A DNA stretch of 64,000 bases from Macrostomum hystrix. Lineage: Eukaryota > Animalia > Platyhelminthes. Both the position numbers and the translations under genes were made by a program. The notes beneath the pieces were generated by a model. The model was not told where the DNA came from and ran no database searches. It worked only from the letters and a program-made list of their open reading frames with translations. The stretch covers positions 682,001 through 746,000 of the forward strand of contig CATNEN010000014.1 in NCBI GenBank assembly GCA_950097015.1, given 5' to 3'. The stretch's first letter is position 1. Each line of letters starts with the position of its first letter. Shown piece after piece: positions 1 through 13,009 of this stretch.

Positions 1-170
1 TTAAATAATTTAATAATTTAACTCATTTAAAGTAAAACCCAGACTTGATCAGAGCGATGCAGCTTCTGATTAATACTTATAGCATTAGGCCCTATTTAAT
101 TAATACTTTATATGTGTGCATAGTTAAAATGGAAGGCAGTTTTTTAGCATATTTAGGTACAAAAATAGTT

Positions 171-258
171 GTCACCAATCTGACCAATTGTGTCACTGAA
201 ATGACTTGAGTTGTCACCGAAATGACTGTCACCGAAATGTCTTGTCACCGAAATGACC
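171..258. repeat. Cluster of 5 copies of a GTCACCGAAATGAC-like motif (possible subterminal repeats of a DNA transposon remnant)
   Basis: GTCAC(C/T) starts at 171, 192, 213, 228, 244; the motif is an imperfect GTCA..TGAC palindrome; no inverted partner seen in the window. Confidence 0.5.
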
Positions 259-772
259 TGGTGCATGTTTACACGTGCAACCATATAAAATATAATGCAA
301 TAAGCCTAACGATGAAAGAAGTTAGCTAGCTATGTCAATATAGCCTAAAGGTTGATTAATCTATGTTATTACAAATGGCAACATATAGGCCTAGTACGGT
401 CACCAAGACCAATGAAGATGATTGCATGGCTGAATATTGATAGCTAGTTTCTATGAATATAAGTTTTTAACGCACTTTCAAAGAAGCAGAAAGCGGTATA
501 ATGAAGTTTAAAGTTTTTATGCGTTAATGGGCCTAGTTCAAAATGCAGTGAAATGAAAGTTTTTTTATAATAGAGAGAATAGCAGTAGGGTATTATAGTT
601 TATATTTAGTATCTGTGGTTAGAAAAAAAAGTAACAATGTTCTATTTTTAACTTTTAGATTTTAACTTTTAGATCTTACTAGCAAGTTTTGCCCCCCTTC
701 GGAGAGCAGAAATACTTTTAATTCGTCTAGTATATACTTTGTAGCAGCTGAATTTACAGCTTTTTAAAGCTA

Positions 773-2028
773 CAATGAACCCCCAGTTGACAATGATCCC
801 CCAGTTGACAATGATCCCCCAGTTGACAATGAACCCCCAGTTGACAATGAACCCCCAGTTGACAACGATCCCCCAGTTGACAATGATCCCCCATTTGACA
901 ATGATCCCCCAGTTGACAATGATCCCACAGTTGACAATGATCCCCCAGTTGACAAAGATCCCCCAGTTCACAATGATCACCCAGTTGATGATGATCCCCC
1001 AGTTGATGATGATCCCCCAGTTGAAAATGATCCCCCAGTTGACAATGATCCCCCAGTTGACAATGATCCCCCAGTTAACAAAGATCCCCCAGTTCACAAT
1101 GATCCCCCAGTTGATGAAGTCTCCCCATTGATGATGATCCCCAGTTAACAATGTTCCTCCATTTGACAATGTTCCCCCAGTTGACAATGATCCCCCAGTT
1201 GATGATGATCACCCAGTTGACAATGATCCCCCAGTTGACAATGATCCCCCAGTTGACAATGATCCCCCAGTTGACAATGATCCTCCAGTTGATGATGATC
1301 CCCCAGTTGAAAATGATCCCCCAGTTGACAATGATCCCCCAGTTGAGAATGATCCCCCAGTTGACAATGATCCCCCAGTTAACAAAGATCCCCCAGTTCA
1401 CAATGGTCCCCCAGTTGATGAAGTCTCCCCATTGATGATGATCCCTAGTTAACAATGTTCCTCCAGTTGACAATGTTCCCCCAGTTGACAATGACCCCCC
1501 AGTTGACAACGATCCCCCAGTTGACAATGATCCCCCAGTTGACAATGATCCCCCAGTTGACAATGATCCCACAGTATACAATGATCCCCCAGTTGACAAA
1601 GATCCCCCAGTTCACAATGATCCCCCAGTTGACAAAGATCCCCCAGTTCTCAATGATCCCCCAGTTGATGATGATCCCCAGTTGATGATGATTCCCCAGT
1701 TGACAATTATCCCCCAGTTGACCATTACCCCCCAGTTGACAATGATCTCTCAGTTCACAATGATCCCCCAGTTGACAATGATCCCCCAGTTGACAATGAA
1801 CCCCCAGTTGACAATGAACCCCCAGTTGACAAAGATCCCCCAGTTGACAATGATCCCCCATTTGACAATGATCCCCCAGTTGACAATGATCCCCCAGTTG
1901 ACAATGATCCCCCAGTTGACAATGATCCCCCAGTTGACAATGATCCCCCAGTCGACAATTATCCCCCAGTTTACCATGATCCCCCAGTTCACCATGATCC
2001 CCATTTTGATGATGACTCCCCAGTTGAC
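773..2028. repeat. 18-bp satellite array (GTTGACAATGATCCCCCA), unit 1
   Basis: Direct 18-bp periodicity; source of the LTMIPQ / STGGSL / VNWGII pseudo-ORFs. Confidence 0.97.
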
Positions 2029-5000
2029 GTTGATTTTTCAAACGCTGGGTTAGCCAAGATTCAAACTCAGGTTTCGCCATGTTTTAAACCCTGGTGGGCT
2101 ATGATTCAAACTCTCGTTTTGCCATGATTCAGACTCTGGTTGGCTATGATTCAAACTCTGGTTTAGCCAAGATTCAAACTCTGGTTGGCTATGATTCAAA
2201 CTCTGGTTTAGCCATGATTCAAACGCTGGGTTAGCCATGATTGAAACTCGGTTTTTGCCATGATTCAAACTCTGGTTTAGCCATGATTCAAACGCTGGGT
2301 TAGCCATGATTGAAACTCTGGTTTAGCCAAGATTCAAACTCTGGTTTAGCCATGATTCAGACTCTGGTTTAGCCATGATTCAAACTCTGGTGTAGCCATT
2401 ATTCAAACTCTGGTTTAGCCATGATTCAAACTCTAGTTTAGCCATGATTCAGACTCTGGTTTAGCCATGATTCAAACTCTGGTGTAGCCATTATTCAAAC
2501 TCTGGTTTAGCCATGATTCAAACTCTAGTTTAGCCATGCTGATGATGATGGTTTAGCCATGATTCAAACTCTAGTTTAGCCATGCTGATGATGATGGTTT
2601 AGCCATGATTTAGTCTCTGGTTTAGCCATGATTCAAACTCTGGTTTAGCCATGATTCAGACGCTGGTTTAGCCATGATTCAAACTCTGGTGTTGCCAATA
2701 TTCAAACTCTGGTTTAGCCATGATTCAAACTCTGGTTTAGCCATGATTCAGACGCTGGTTTAGCCATGATTCAGACGCTGGTTTAGCCATGATTCAAACT
2801 CTGGTTTAGCCATGGTTCAAACTCTGGTTTAGCCATGATTCAGACTCTAGTTTAGCCATGATTCAGACTCTGGTTTAGCCATGATTCAGACTCTAGTTTA
2901 GCCATGATTCAGACTCTGGTTTAGCCATGATTCAGACTCTGGTTTAGCCATGATTCAGACTCTATTTTAGCAATGATTTAGACTATGGTTTAGCCATGAT
3001 TCAGACTCTAGGTTAGCCATGATTCAAACGTTGGTTTAGCCATGATTCAGACTCTGGTTTAGCCATGACTCAAACTCTGGTTTAGCCATGATTCAAACTC
3101 TGGTTTAGCCATGATTCAAACTCTGGTTTAGCCATGATTCAAACTCTGGTTTAGCCATGATTCAAACTCTGGTTTAGCCATGATTCAAACTCTGGTTTAG
3201 CCATGATTCAAACTCTGGTTTAGCCATGATTCAGACTCTGGTTTAGCCATGATTCAGACTCTGGTTTAGCCATGATTCAAACTCTGCTTTAGCCATGATT
3301 CAGACGCTGGTTTAGCCATGATTCAGACTCTGGTTTAGCCAAGATTCAAACTCTAGTTTAGCCATGATTCAAGATCTGGTTTAGCCATGATTCAAACTCT
3401 GGTTTAGCCATGATTCAGACTCTATTTTAGCAATGATTCAGACTATGGTTTAGCCATGATTCAGACTCTAGGTTAGCCATGATTCAAACGTTGGTTTAGC
3501 CATGATTCAGACTCTGGTTTAGCCATGACTCAAACTCTGGTTTAGCCATGATTCAAACTCTGGTTTAGCCATGATTCAAACTCTGGTTTAGCCATGATTC
3601 AAACTCTGGTTTAGCCATGATTCAAACTCTGGTTAAGCCATGATTCAAACTCTGGTTTAGCCATGATTCAAACTCTGGTTTAGCCATGATTCAGACTCTG
3701 GTTTAGCCATGATTCAGACTCTGGTTTAGCCATGATTCAAACTCTGCTTTAGCCATGATTCAGACGCTGGTTTAGCCATGATTCAGACTCTGGTTTAGCC
3801 AAGATTCAAACTCTAGTTTAGCCATGATTCAAGATCTGGTTTAGCCATGATTCAAACTCTGGTTTAGCCATGATTCAAACTCTGGTTTAGCCATGATTCA
3901 AACTCTGGTTAAGCCATGATTCAGACTCTGGTTTAGCCATGATTCAAACTCTGCTTTAGCCATGATTCAGACGCTGGTTTAGCCATGATTCAGACTCTGG
4001 TTTAGCCATGATTCAAACTCTAGTTTAGCCATGATTCAAGATCTGGTTTAGCCATGATTCAAACTCTGGTTTAGCCATGATTCAAACTCTGGTTTAGCCA
4101 TGATTCAGACGCTGGTTTAGCCATGATTCAGACTCTGGTTTAGCCAAGATTCAAACTCTAGTTTAGCCATGATTCAAGATCTGGTTTAGCCATGATTCAA
4201 ACTCTGGTTTAGCCATGATTCAAACTCTGGTTTAGCCATGATTCAAACTCTGGTTAAGCCATGATTCAGACTCTGGTTTAGCCATGATTCAAACTCTGCT
4301 TTAGCCATGATTCAGACGCTGGTTTAGCCATGATTCAGACTCTGGTTTAGCCATGATTCAAACTCTAGTTTAGCCATGATTCAAGATCTGGTTTAGCCAT
4401 GATTCAAACTCTGGTTTAGCCATGATTCAAACTCTGGTTTAGCCATGATTCAAACTCTGGTTAAGCCATGATTCAGACTCTGGTTTAGCCATGATTCAAA
4501 CTCTGCTTTAGCCATGATTCAGACGCTGGTTTAGCCATGATTCAGACTCTGGTTTAGCCATGATTCAAACTCTAGTTTAGCCATGATTCAAGATCTGGTT
4601 TAGCCATGATTCAAACTCTGGTGTAGCCATTATTCAAACTCTGGTTTAGCCATGATTCAAACTCTAGTTTAGCCATGCTGATGATGATGGTTTAGCCATG
4701 ATTCAAACTCTAGTTTAGCCATGCTGATGATGATGGTTTAGCCATGATTTAGTCTCTGGTTTAGCCATGATTCAAACTCTGGTTTAGCCATGATTCAAAC
4801 TCTGGTTTAGCCATGATTCAAACTCTGGTTAAGCCATGATTCAGACTCTGGTTTAGCCATGATTCAAACTCTGCTTTAGCCATGATTCAGACGCTGGTTT
4901 AGCCATGATTCAGACTCTGGTTTAGCCATGATTCAAACTCTAGTTTAGCCATGATTCAAGATCTGGTTTAGCCATGATTCAAACTCTGGTTTAGCCATGA

Positions 5001-6679
5001 TTCAAACTCTGGTTTAGCCATGATTCAGACGCTGGTTTAGCCATGATTCAGACTCTGGTTTAGCCAAGATTCAAACTCTAGTTTAGCCATGATTCAAGAT
5101 CTGGTTTAGCCATGATTCAAACTCTGGTTTAGCCATGATTCAAACTCTGGTTTAGCCATGATTCAAACTCTGGTTAAGCCATGATTCAGACTCTGGTTTA
5201 GCCATGATTCAAACTCTGCTTTAGCCATGATTCAGACGCTGGTTTAGCCATGATTCAGACTCTGGTTTAGCCATGATTCAAACTCTAGTTTAGCCATGAT
5301 TCAAGATCTGGTTTAGCCATGATTCAAACTCTGGTTTAGCCATGATTCAAACTCTGGTTTAGCCATGATTCAAACTCTGGTTAAGCCATGATTCAGACTC
5401 TGGTTTAGCCATGATTCAAACTCTGCTTTAGCCATGATTCAGACGCTGGTTTAGCCATGATTCAGACTCTGGTTTAGCCATGATTCAAACTCTAGTTTAG
5501 CCATGATTCAAGATCTGGTTTAGCCATGATTCAAACTCTGGTGTAGCCATTATTCAAACTCTGGTTTAGCCATGATTCAAACTCTAGTTTAGCCATGCTG
5601 ATGATGATGGTTTAGCCATGATTCAAACTCTAGTTTAGCCATGCTGATGATGATGGTTTAGCCATGATTTAGTCTCTGGTTTAGCCATGATTCAAACTCT
5701 GGTTTAGCCATGATTCAGACGCTGGTTTAGCCATGATTCAAACTCTGGTGTTGCCAATATTCAAACTCTGGTTTAGCCATGATTCAAACTCTGGTTTAGC
5801 CATGATTCAGACGCTGGTTTAGCCATGATTCAGACGCTGGTTTAGCCATGATTCAAACTCTGGTTTAGCCATGGTTCAAACTCTGGTTTAGCCATGATTC
5901 AGACTCTAGTTTAGCCATGATTCAGACTCTGGTTTAGCCATGATTCAGACTCTAGTTTAGCCATGATTCAGACTCTGGTTTAGCCATGATTCAGACTCTG
6001 GTTTAGCCATGATTCAGACTCTATTTTAGCAATGATTCAGACTATGGTTTAGCCATGATTCAGACTCTAGGTTAGCCATGATTCAAACGTTGGTTTAGCC
6101 ATGATTCAGACTCTGGTTTAGCCATGACTCAAACTCTGGTTTAGCCATGATTCAAACTCTGGTTTAGCCATGATTCAAACTCTGGTTTAGCCATGATTCA
6201 AACTCTGGTTTAGCCATGATTCAAACTCTGGTTAAGCCATGATTCAGACTCTGGTTTAGCCATGATTCAAACTCTGCTTTAGCCATGATTCAGACGCTGG
6301 TTTAGCCATGATTCAGACTCTGGTTTAGCCATGATTCAAACTCTAGTTAAGCCATGATTCAGACTCTGGTTTAGCCATGATTCAAACTCTGGTTTAGCCA
6401 TGATTCAGACGCTGGTTTAGCCATGATTCAGACTCTGGTTTAGCCATGATTCAAACTCTGGTTTAGCCATGATTCAAACTCTGGTTAAGCCATGATTCAG
6501 ACTCTGGTTTAGCCATGATTCAAACTCTGGTTTAGCCATGATTCAGACTCTGGTTTAGCCATGATTCAAACTCTGGTTTAGCCATGATTCAAACTCTGGT
6601 TTAGCCATGATTCAAACTCTGGTTTAGCCATGATTCAAACTCTGGTTTAGCCATGATTCAAACTCTGGTTTAGCAATGA
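2029..6679. repeat. 23-bp satellite array (CCATGATTCAAACTCTGGTTTAG), unit 1
   Basis: Direct 23-bp periodicity, about 200 monomers. Confidence 0.97.
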
Positions 6680-6773
6680 CTAGCAAGTTTTGCCCCCCTT
6701 CGGAGAGCAGAAATACTTTTAATTCGTCTAGTATATACTTTGTAGCAGCTGAATTTACAGCTTTTTAAAGCTA

Positions 6774-8046
6774 CAATGAACCCCCAGTTGACAATGATCC
6801 CCCAGTTGACAATGATCCCCCAGTTGACAATGAACCCCCAGTTGACAATGAACCCCCAGTTGACAACGATCCCCCAGTTGACAATGATCCCCCATTTGAC
6901 AATGATCCCCCAGTTGACAATGATCCCACAGTTGACAATGATCCCCCAGTTGACAAAGATCCCCCAGTTCACAATGATCACCCAGTTGATGATGATCCCC
7001 CAGTTGATGATGATCCCCCAGTTGAAAATGATCCCCCAGTTGACAATGATCCCCCAGTTGACAATGATCCCCCAGTTAACAAAGATCCCCCAGTTCACAA
7101 TGATCCCCCAGTTGATGAAGTCTCCCCATTGATGATGATCCCCAGTTAACAATGTTCCTCCATTTGACAATGTTCCCCCAGTTGACAATGATCCCCCAGT
7201 TGATGATGATCACCCAGTTGACAATGATCCCCCAGTTGACAATGATCCCCCAGTTGACAATGATCCCCCAGTTGACAATGATCCTCCAGTTGATGATGAT
7301 CCCCCAGTTGAAAATGATCCCCCAGTTGACAATGATCCCCCAGTTGAGAATGATCCCCCAGTTGACAATGATCCCCCAGTTAACAAAGATCCCCCAGTTC
7401 ACAATGGTCCCCCAGTTGATGAAGTCTCCCCATTGATGATGATCCCTAGTTAACAATGTTCCTCCATTTGACAATGTTCCCCCAGTTGACAATGATCCCC
7501 CAGTTGATGATGATCACCCAGTTGACAATGATCCCCCAGTTGACAATGATCCCCCAGTTGACAATGATCCCCCAGTTGACAATGATCCTCCAGTTGATGA
7601 TGATCCCCCAGTTGAAAATGATCCCCCAGTTGACAATGATCCCCCAGTTGAGAATGATCCCCCAGTTGACAATGATCCCCCAGTTAACAAAGATCCCCCA
7701 GTTCACAATGGTCCCCCAGTTGATGAAGTCTCCCCATTGATGATGATCCCTAGTTAACAATGTTCCTCCAGTTGACAATGTTCCCCCAGTTGACAATGAT
7801 CCCCCAGTTGACAACGATCCCCCAGTTGACAATGATCCCCCAGTTGACAATGATCCCCCAGTTGACAATGATCCCACAGTATACAATGATCCCCCAGTTG
7901 ACAAAGATCCCCCAGTTGACAATGATCCCCCAGTTGACAATGATCCCCCAGTTGACAATGATCCCCCAGTCGACAATTATCCCCCAGTTTACCATGATCG
8001 CCCAGTTCACCATGATCCCCATTTTGATGATGACTCCCCAGTTGAC
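6774..8046. repeat. 18-bp satellite array, unit 2
   Basis: 18-bp periodicity with 304-bp internal block duplications. Confidence 0.95.
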
Positions 8047-11000
8047 GTTGATTTTTCAAACGCTGGGTTAGCCAAGATTCAAACTCAGGTTTCGCCATGT
8101 TTTAAACCCTGGTGGGCTATGATTCAAACTCTCGTTTTGCCATGATTCAGACTCTGGTTGGCTATGATTCAAACTCTGGTTTAGCCAAGATTCAAACTCT
8201 GGTTGGCTATGATTCAAACTCTGGTTTAGCCATGATTCAAACGCTGGGTTAGCCATGATTGAAACTCGGTTTTTGCCATGATTCAAACTCTGGTTTAGCC
8301 ATGATTCAAACGCTGGGTTAGCCATGATTGAAACTCTGGTTTAGCCAAGATTCAAACTCTGGTTTAGCCATGATTCAGACTCTGGTTTAGCCATGATTCA
8401 AACTCTGGTGTAGCCATTATTCAAACTCTGGTTTAGCCATGATTCAAACTCTAGTTTAGCCATGATTCAGACTCTGGTTTAGCCATGATTCAAACTCTGG
8501 TGTAGCCATTATTCAAACTCTGGTTTAGCCATGATTCAAACTCTAGTTTAGCCATGCTGATGATGATGGTTTAGCCATGATTCAAACTCTAGTTTAGCCA
8601 TGCTGATGATGATGGTTTAGCCATGATTTAGTCTCTGGTTTAGCCATGATTCAAACTCTGGTTTAGCCATGATTCAGACGCTGGTTTAGCCATGATTCAA
8701 ACTCTGGTGTTGCCAATATTCAAACTCTGGTTTAGCCATGATTCAAACTCTGGTTTAGCCATGATTCAGACGCTGGTTTAGCCATGATTCAGACGCTGGT
8801 TTAGCCATGTTTCAAACTCTGGTTTAGCCATGGTTCAAACTCTGGTTTAGCCATGATTCAGACTCTAGTTTAGCCATGATTCAGACTCTGGTTTAGCCAT
8901 GATTCAGACTCTAGTTTAGCCATGATTCAGACTCTGGTTTAGCCATGATTCAGACTCTGGTTTAGCCATGATTCAGACTCTATTTTAGCAATGATTCAGA
9001 CTATGGTTTAGCCATGATTCAGACTCTAGGTTAGCCATGATTCAAACGTTGGTTTAGCCATGATTCAGACTCTGGTTTAGCCATGACTCAAACTCTGGTT
9101 TAGCCATGATTCAAACTCTGGTTTAGCCATGATTCAAACTCTGGTTTAGCCATGATTCAAACTCTGGTTTAGCCATGATTCAAACTCTGGTTAAGCCATG
9201 ATTCAAACTCTGGTTTAGCCATGATTCAAACTCTGGTTTAGCCATGATTCAGACTCTGGTTTAGCCATGATTCAGACTCTGGTTTAGCCATGATTCAAAC
9301 TCTGCTTTAGCCATGATTCAAACTCTGGTGTAGCCATTATTCAAACTCTGGTTTAGCCATGATTCAAACTCTAGTTTAGCCATGCTGATGATGATGGTTT
9401 AGCCATGATTCAAACTCTAGTTTAGCCATGCTGATGATGATGGTTTAGCCATGATTTAGTCTCTGGTTTAGCCATGATTCAAACTCTGGTTTAGCCATGA
9501 TTCAGACGCTGGTTTAGCCATGATTCAAACTCTGGTGTTGCCAATATTCAAACTCTGGTTTAGCCATGATTCAAACTCTGGTTTAGCCATGATTCAGACG
9601 CTGGTTTAGCCATGATTCAGACGCTGGTTTAGCCATGTTTCAAACTCTGGTTTAGCCATGGTTCAAACTCTGGTTTAGCCATGATTCAGACTCTAGTTTA
9701 GCCATGATTCAGACTCTGGTTTAGCCATGATTCAGACTCTAGTTTAGCCATGATTCAGACTCTGGTTTAGCCATGATTCAGACTCTGGTTTAGCCATGAT
9801 TCAGACTCTATTTTAGCAATGATTCAGACTATGGTTTAGCCATGATTCAGACTCTAGGTTAGCCATGATTCAAACGTTGGTTTAGCCATGATTCAGACTC
9901 TGGTTTAGCCATGACTCAAACTCTGGTTTAGCCATGATTCAAACTCTGGTTTAGCCATGATTCAAACTCTGGTTTAGCCATGATTCAAACTCTGGTTTAG
10001 CCATGATTCAAACTCTGGTTAAGCCATGATTCAAACTCTGGTTTAGCCATGATTCAAACTCTGGTTTAGCCATGATTCAGACTCTGGTTTAGCCATGATT
10101 CAGACTCTGGTTTAGCCATGATTCAAACTCTGCTTTAGCCATGATTCAGACGCTGGTTTAGCCATGATTCAGACTCTGGTTTAGCCAAGATTCAAACTCT
10201 AGTTTAGCCATGATTCAAGATCTGGTTTAGCCATGATTCAAACTCTGGTTTAGCCATGATTCAGACTCTATTTTAGCAATGATTCAGACTATGGTTTAGC
10301 CATGATTCAGACTCTAGGTTAGCCATGATTCAAACGTTGGTTTAGCCATGATTCAGACTCTGGTTTAGCCATGACTCAAACTCTGGTTTAGCCATGATTC
10401 AAACTCTGGTTTAGCCATGATTCAAACTCTGGTTTAGCCATGATTCAAACTCTGGTTTAGCCATGATTCAAACTCTGGTTAAGCCATGATTCAAACTCTG
10501 GTTTAGCCATGATTCAAACTCTGGTTTAGCCATGATTCAGACTCTGGTTTAGCCATGATTCAGACTCTGGTTTAGCCATGATTCAAACTCTGCTTTAGCC
10601 ATGATTCAGACGCTGGTTTAGCCATGATTCAGACTCTGGTTTAGCCAAGATTCAAACTCTAGTTTAGCCATGATTCAAGATCTGGTTTAGCCATGATTCA
10701 AACTCTGGTTTAGCCATGATTCAAACTCTGGTTTAGCCATGATTCAAACTCTGGTTAAGCCATGATTCAGACTCTGGTTTAGCCATGATTCAAACTCTGC
10801 TTTAGCCATGATTCAGACGCTGGTTTAGCCATGATTCAGACTCTGGTTTAGCCATGATTCAAACTCTAGTTTAGCCATGATTCAAGATCTGGTTTAGCCA
10901 TGATTCAAACTCTGGTTTAGCCATGATTCAAACTCTGGTTTAGCCATGATTCAAACTCTGGTTAAGCCATGATTCAGACTCTGGTTTAGCCATGATTCAA

Positions 11001-12928
11001 ACTCTGCTTTAGCCATGATTCAGACGCTGGTTTAGCCATGATTCAGACTCTGGTTTAGCCATGATTCAAACTCTAGTTTAGCCATGATTCAAGATCTGGT
11101 TTAGCCATGATTCAAACTCTGGTGTAGCCATTATTCAAACTCTGGTTTAGCCATGATTCAAACTCTAGTTTAGCCATGCTGATGATGATGGTTTAGCCAT
11201 GATTCAAACTCTAGTTTAGCCATGCTGATGATGATGGTTTAGCCATGATTTAGTCTCTGGTTTAGCCATGATTCAAACTCTGGTTTAGCCATGATTCAGA
11301 CGCTGGTTTAGCCATGATTCAAACTCTGGTGTTGCCAATATTCAAACTCTGGTTTAGCCATGATTCAAACTCTGGTTAAGCCATGATTCAGACGCTGGTT
11401 TAGCCATGATTCAGACGCTGGTTTAGCCAAGATTCAAACTCTGGTTTAGCCATGATTCAGACTCTGGTTTAGCCATGATTCAGACTCTAGTTTAGCCATG
11501 ATTCAGACTCTGGTTTAGCCATGATTCAGACTCTGGTTTAGCCATGATTCAGACGCTGGTTTAGCCATGATTCAGACTCTGGTTTAGCCATGATTCAAAC
11601 TCTGGTTTAGCAATGATTCAGACTATGGTTTAGCCATGATTCAGACTCTAGGTTAGCCATGATTCAAACTCTGGTTTAGCCATGATTCAGACTCTGGTTT
11701 AGCCATGACTCAAACTCTGGTTTAGCCATGATTCAAACTCTGGTTTAGCCATGATTCAAACTCTGGTTTAGCCATGATTCAAACTCTGGTTTAGCCATGA
11801 TTCAAACTCTGGTTAAGCCATGATTCAGACTCTGGTTTAGCCATGATTCAAACTCTGCTTTAGCCATGATTCAGACGCTGGTTTAGCCATGATTCAGACT
11901 CTGGTTTAGCCATGATTCAAACTCTGGTTTAGCAATGATTCAGACTCTGGTTTAGCCATGATTCAAACTCTAGTTTAGCCATGATTCAAGATCTGGTTTA
12001 GCCATGATTCAAACTCTGGTGTAGCCATTATTCAAACTCTGGTTTAGCCATGATTCAAACTCTAGTTTAGCCATGCTGATGATGATGGTTTAGCCATGAT
12101 TCAAACTCTAGTTTAGCCATGCTGATGATGATGGTTTAGCCATGATTTAGTCTCTGGTTTAGCCATGATTCAAACTCTGGTTTAGCCATGATTCAGACGC
12201 TGGTTTAGCCATGATTCAAACTCTGGTGTTGCCAATATTCAAACTCTGGTTTAGCCATGATTCAAACTCTGGTTAAGCCATGATTCAGACGCTGGTTTAG
12301 CCATGATTCAGACGCTGGTTTAGCCATGATTCAAACTCTGGTTTAGCCATGATTCAGACTCTGGTTTAGCCATGATTCAGACTCTAGTTTAGCCATGATT
12401 CAGACTCTGGTTTAGCCATGATTCAGACTCTGGTTTAGCCATGATTCAGACGCTGGTTTAGCCATGATTCAGACTCTGGTTTAGCCATGATTCAAACTCT
12501 GGTTTAGCAATGATTCAGACTATGGTTTAGCCATGATTCAGACTCTAGGTTAGCCATGATTCAAACTCTGGTTTAGCCATGATTCAGACTCTGGTTTAGC
12601 CATGACTCAAACTCTGGTTTAGCCATGATTCAAACTCTGGTTTAGCCATGATTCAAACTCTGGTTTAGCCATGATTCAAACTCTGGTTTAGCCATGATTC
12701 AAACTCTGGTTAAGCCATGATTCAGACTCTGGTTTAGCCATGATTCAAACTCTGCTTTAGCCATGATTCAGACGCTGGTTTAGCCATGATTCAGACTCTG
12801 GTTTAGCCATGATTCAAACTCTGGTTTAGCAATGATTCAGACTCTGGTTTAGCCATGATTCAGACGCTGGTTTAGCCATGATTCAAGCTCTATTTTTGCC
12901 ATGATTCAAATTCAGGTTTGCTATGATT
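8047..12928. repeat. 23-bp satellite array, unit 2
   Basis: 23-bp periodicity, about 212 monomers. Confidence 0.95.
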
Positions 12929-13009
12929 TATGATATTTTATTTACGAAATGAAAAAAATAAATCAAAATAATCTTCAATCACTACTGGCTGAAAATTAGT
13001 CTAAATGAT

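Larger units (their letters stand above)
679..6679 (-). mobile_element. Helitron unit 1 (6001 bp, 5'-truncated inside the 23-bp satellite)
   Basis: 3' hairpin+CTAG at 679; lacks the ~590-bp 5' region; starts at TCATTGCTAAACC within a satellite monomer. Confidence 0.8.

Noticed and set aside
647-674. 14-bp duplication TTTAACTTTTAGAT next to the array end as a target-site duplication
   Set aside because: Both copies are on the same side of the element and Helitrons do not make target duplications; likely local slippage.
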